Of a stretch of 64,000 nucleotides of DNA, positions 62,611 through 64,000 are shown piece after piece. The notes under the pieces were generated by a model, which was given only the letters and a program-made list of their open reading frames with translations, searched no databases and was not told where the DNA came from. Each line of letters starts with the position of its first letter. Position 1 is the first letter of the stretch. Made by a program: the position numbers and the translations under genes. This DNA comes from Armatimonadetes bacterium UBA1398 (GTDB taxonomy: Bacteria > Armatimonadota > Zipacnadia > UBA1398): NCBI GenBank assembly GCA_002305165.1, contig DBQI01000025.1, positions 79,590 through 143,589 of the forward strand, written 5' to 3'.

Positions 62611-63849
62611 TCAGGATGGGTCTGGCAGCCCTTCTACCGGTGTCGCGGCATCTCTGAGTGCGCAGGCGAACGTCCGAGCCTGTTCGCGGCGCTCGAAGCG
62701 CGCTTCCACATAGCTCCGGGCGGAGCGACCCATACGGGCGGCCAATGCGGCATCGTCGCGCAGTCGCAGTACCGCCGCAGCAAGTGCCTGGGGATCGCGA
62801 GGCTGAACATACATCCCGCCGTCGGCCTCCTCCAGCACCGCCCGGATGACTCCGTCAATCGAAAACACGGTGGGTCGGGCCGCGGCCATGTAATCGAAGA
62901 CTTTGTTGGGATAGACGTTTGCGTAGATAGGGTTGGGCTTCAGCGTCGCGAGACACACATCAGCGGCGGCCAGCACGTCGGGCATCGCCGACTTCGGTTG
63001 GGCTCCAACACATCGGACGTTGGTCAGATGCCGCTCCACAATCGTCTCCTCGCAGGCCCTTCGTGTGTTGCCGTCGCCAACGAGCACAAAGACGATGTCG
63101 TGATGGGCGCGCAGAGTTTCGGCAGCATCGAGGATCACCGGAATATCGTTGGCAACGCTGATAGCGCCCGCGTACAGAGCGACAAACCTGCTCTGCAGGT
63201 CGTTGCTCTGCCGGAAGGCCTCCCCACGGGAGTCGGGGTCGAACTGGACCGTCTCGACGCCGTTCGGAACCACCGCTATTCGGTCGGGTTGCACGCCTTT
63301 GCGTTCCGCCAGATAGCCCTTGTACGCAGGCGAGTTGACGATGATGCGGCTGGCTCGCCGGTAGAGGAACCGCTCCAGGGCAAGGAACGCGCTGATCGCT
63401 AGACGGTTACGGAGCACCCCGCCCTGAACCAGGGTATCAGGCCACAGGTCACGGACCTCCAGCACGAAGGGGCGCCGTCGTATTGCCGATGCCAGCCAAG
63501 CGGACGCAGCCTGGAACATAGGGGGCGAAGTACCCATGAAGACGTCCACGTCTCTCGCCCGTAGGGCAGCCAGCAGAGACGACACAGTGAAGCCAATGAA
63601 CGCAACCAGACGCCAGAACACACTGCGATGGAGCGTGGCTGGGGTTCGAGCGCGTATGACCCGGATGCCCGGAGTACTGGCGGAGGTCGCAGCCTTCTCG
63701 AGCTTGCGTCCCGTCTTGTAGTTCACATCGCTGGCCACAACCGTGAACTGAAAACCCTCATCGACGCAGTGCGAGGCCAGCTCGTAATGCCTTGTGCCGC
63801 CGGGATCGTCGGGACCAGCATAGGCCTGATGTATGAGCAACACATGCAT
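62611..63849 (-). CDS. GT4-family (WcaI-like) glycosyltransferase
   Basis: MHVLLIHQAYAGPDDPGGTRHYELA N-terminus, the C-terminal half with the E-x7-E region (NVYPNKVFDYMAAARP), and LVGDG. ATG at 63847-63849. The ORF track start at 63999 adds a Cys-rich non-homologous extension. Confidence 0.85.
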   Translation of the reverse strand: MHVLLIHQAYAGPDDPGGTRHYELASHCVDEGFQFTVVASDVNYKTGRKLEKAATSASTPGIRVIRARTPATLHRSVFWRLVAFIGFTVSSLLAALRARDVDVFMGTSPPMFQAASAWLASAIRRRPFVLEVRDLWPDTLVQGGVLRNRLAISAFLALERFLYRRASRIIVNSPAYKGYLAERKGVQPDRIAVVPNGVETVQFDPDSRGEAFRQSNDLQSRFVALYAGAISVANDIPVILDAAETLRAHHDIVFVLVGDGNTRRACEETIVERHLTNVRCVGAQPKSAMPDVLAAADVCLATLKPNPIYANVYPNKVFDYMAAARPTVFSIDGVIRAVLEEADGGMYVQPRDPQALAAAVLRLRDDAALAARMGRSARSYVEARFERREQARTFACALRDAATPVEGLPDPS

Positions 63850-63854
63850 GGGGG

Positions 63855-64000
63855 TCAGTAGCCCTTCCCGCTGACAGGGGACACACGTACCCGTACACGG
63901 CTGAGCATCTGCCGCATGGTAGGATCGACGCTCCAGTGAACGGTGACAGTTCGATCCGCAAGATGGACACGCATCCAATCCCGCTCGAACGACACACATG
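63855..64000 (-). CDS. 3' end (47 codons) of an upstream gene that starts outside the window
   Basis: The frame is open from the window edge to TGA at 63855-63857 (…FERDWMRVHLADRTVTVHWSVDPTMRQMLSRVRVRVSPVSGKGY*), 5 nt before the GT4 start. Function unknown. Confidence 0.3.
   Translation of the reverse strand, partial: CVSFERDWMRVHLADRTVTVHWSVDPTMRQMLSRVRVRVSPVSGKGY

Noticed and set aside
62611-63999. The Cys-rich 50-aa N-terminal extension of the GT4 ORF (MCVVRAGLDACPSCGSNCHRS...CTGTCVPC), considered as a zinc-binding domain or a Cys-rich peptide.
   Set aside because: GT4 homology starts at MHVLLIHQ (63849). The extension overlaps a better-looking reading frame that ends at 63855 (the tail of the upstream gene), so it is most likely an off-frame artefact.
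1-64000. Search for CRISPR arrays, tRNA or rRNA genes, integrases, reverse transcriptases or obvious defence-system ATPases.
   Set aside because: None recognised by eye. There are no regularly spaced direct repeats and no tRNA-like T-arm or acceptor signatures in the intergenic gaps I inspected. A tRNAscan, Infernal and CRISPR-finder run would be the definitive check.

Overview
High-GC bacterial chromosomal window, densely coding on both strands. Hand counts on single 60-nt rows give 46/60 G+C in recB, 34-36/60 in the right-hand polysaccharide locus and 28/60 at the IS remnant. I saw no rRNA, tRNA or CRISPR array. Left to right: (1) the 3' part of a kinase-like/zinc-ribbon/TPR gene. (2) A glycan-utilisation neighbourhood with two paralogous large rhamnosidase-like hydrolases (one cytoplasmic, one secreted and coupled to rhaT), two paralogous NPCBM + GH36-like enzymes flanking aqpZ (one interrupted by an in-frame TGA), a GH38 alpha-mannosidase and a 916-aa secreted (alpha/alpha)6-like protein. 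(3) Embedded in this, a minus-strand housekeeping operon ileS-lspA-lgt-rluD-tgt-HD with a long structured leader. (4) NUDIX, URO-D-like, TolB-like, nth and SLH genes. (5) A recC-recB-recD operon. (6) Immediately upstream of recC, a translationally coupled PqqD(RRE) / HPr-kinase-like / lasso-B2-protease module with no cyclase and no evident precursor. This is my top candidate for an undescribed system. (7) A GHMP kinase and a gluconolactonase. (8) A UPF0175/PIN(DUF3368) toxin-antitoxin pair abutting a decayed IS630 transposase. (9) A lower-GC surface-polysaccharide locus (DegT aminotransferase, wecC, HAD, ATP-grasp, PIG-L deacetylase, LpxD-like acyltransferase, priming sugar transferase, GT4) carrying a relic 3' fragment of a second sugar transferase. 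All family assignments come from motif recognition by eye, since no searches could be run. Many start codons were re-picked from the ORF track using neighbour overlap, RBS and homologous N-termini.
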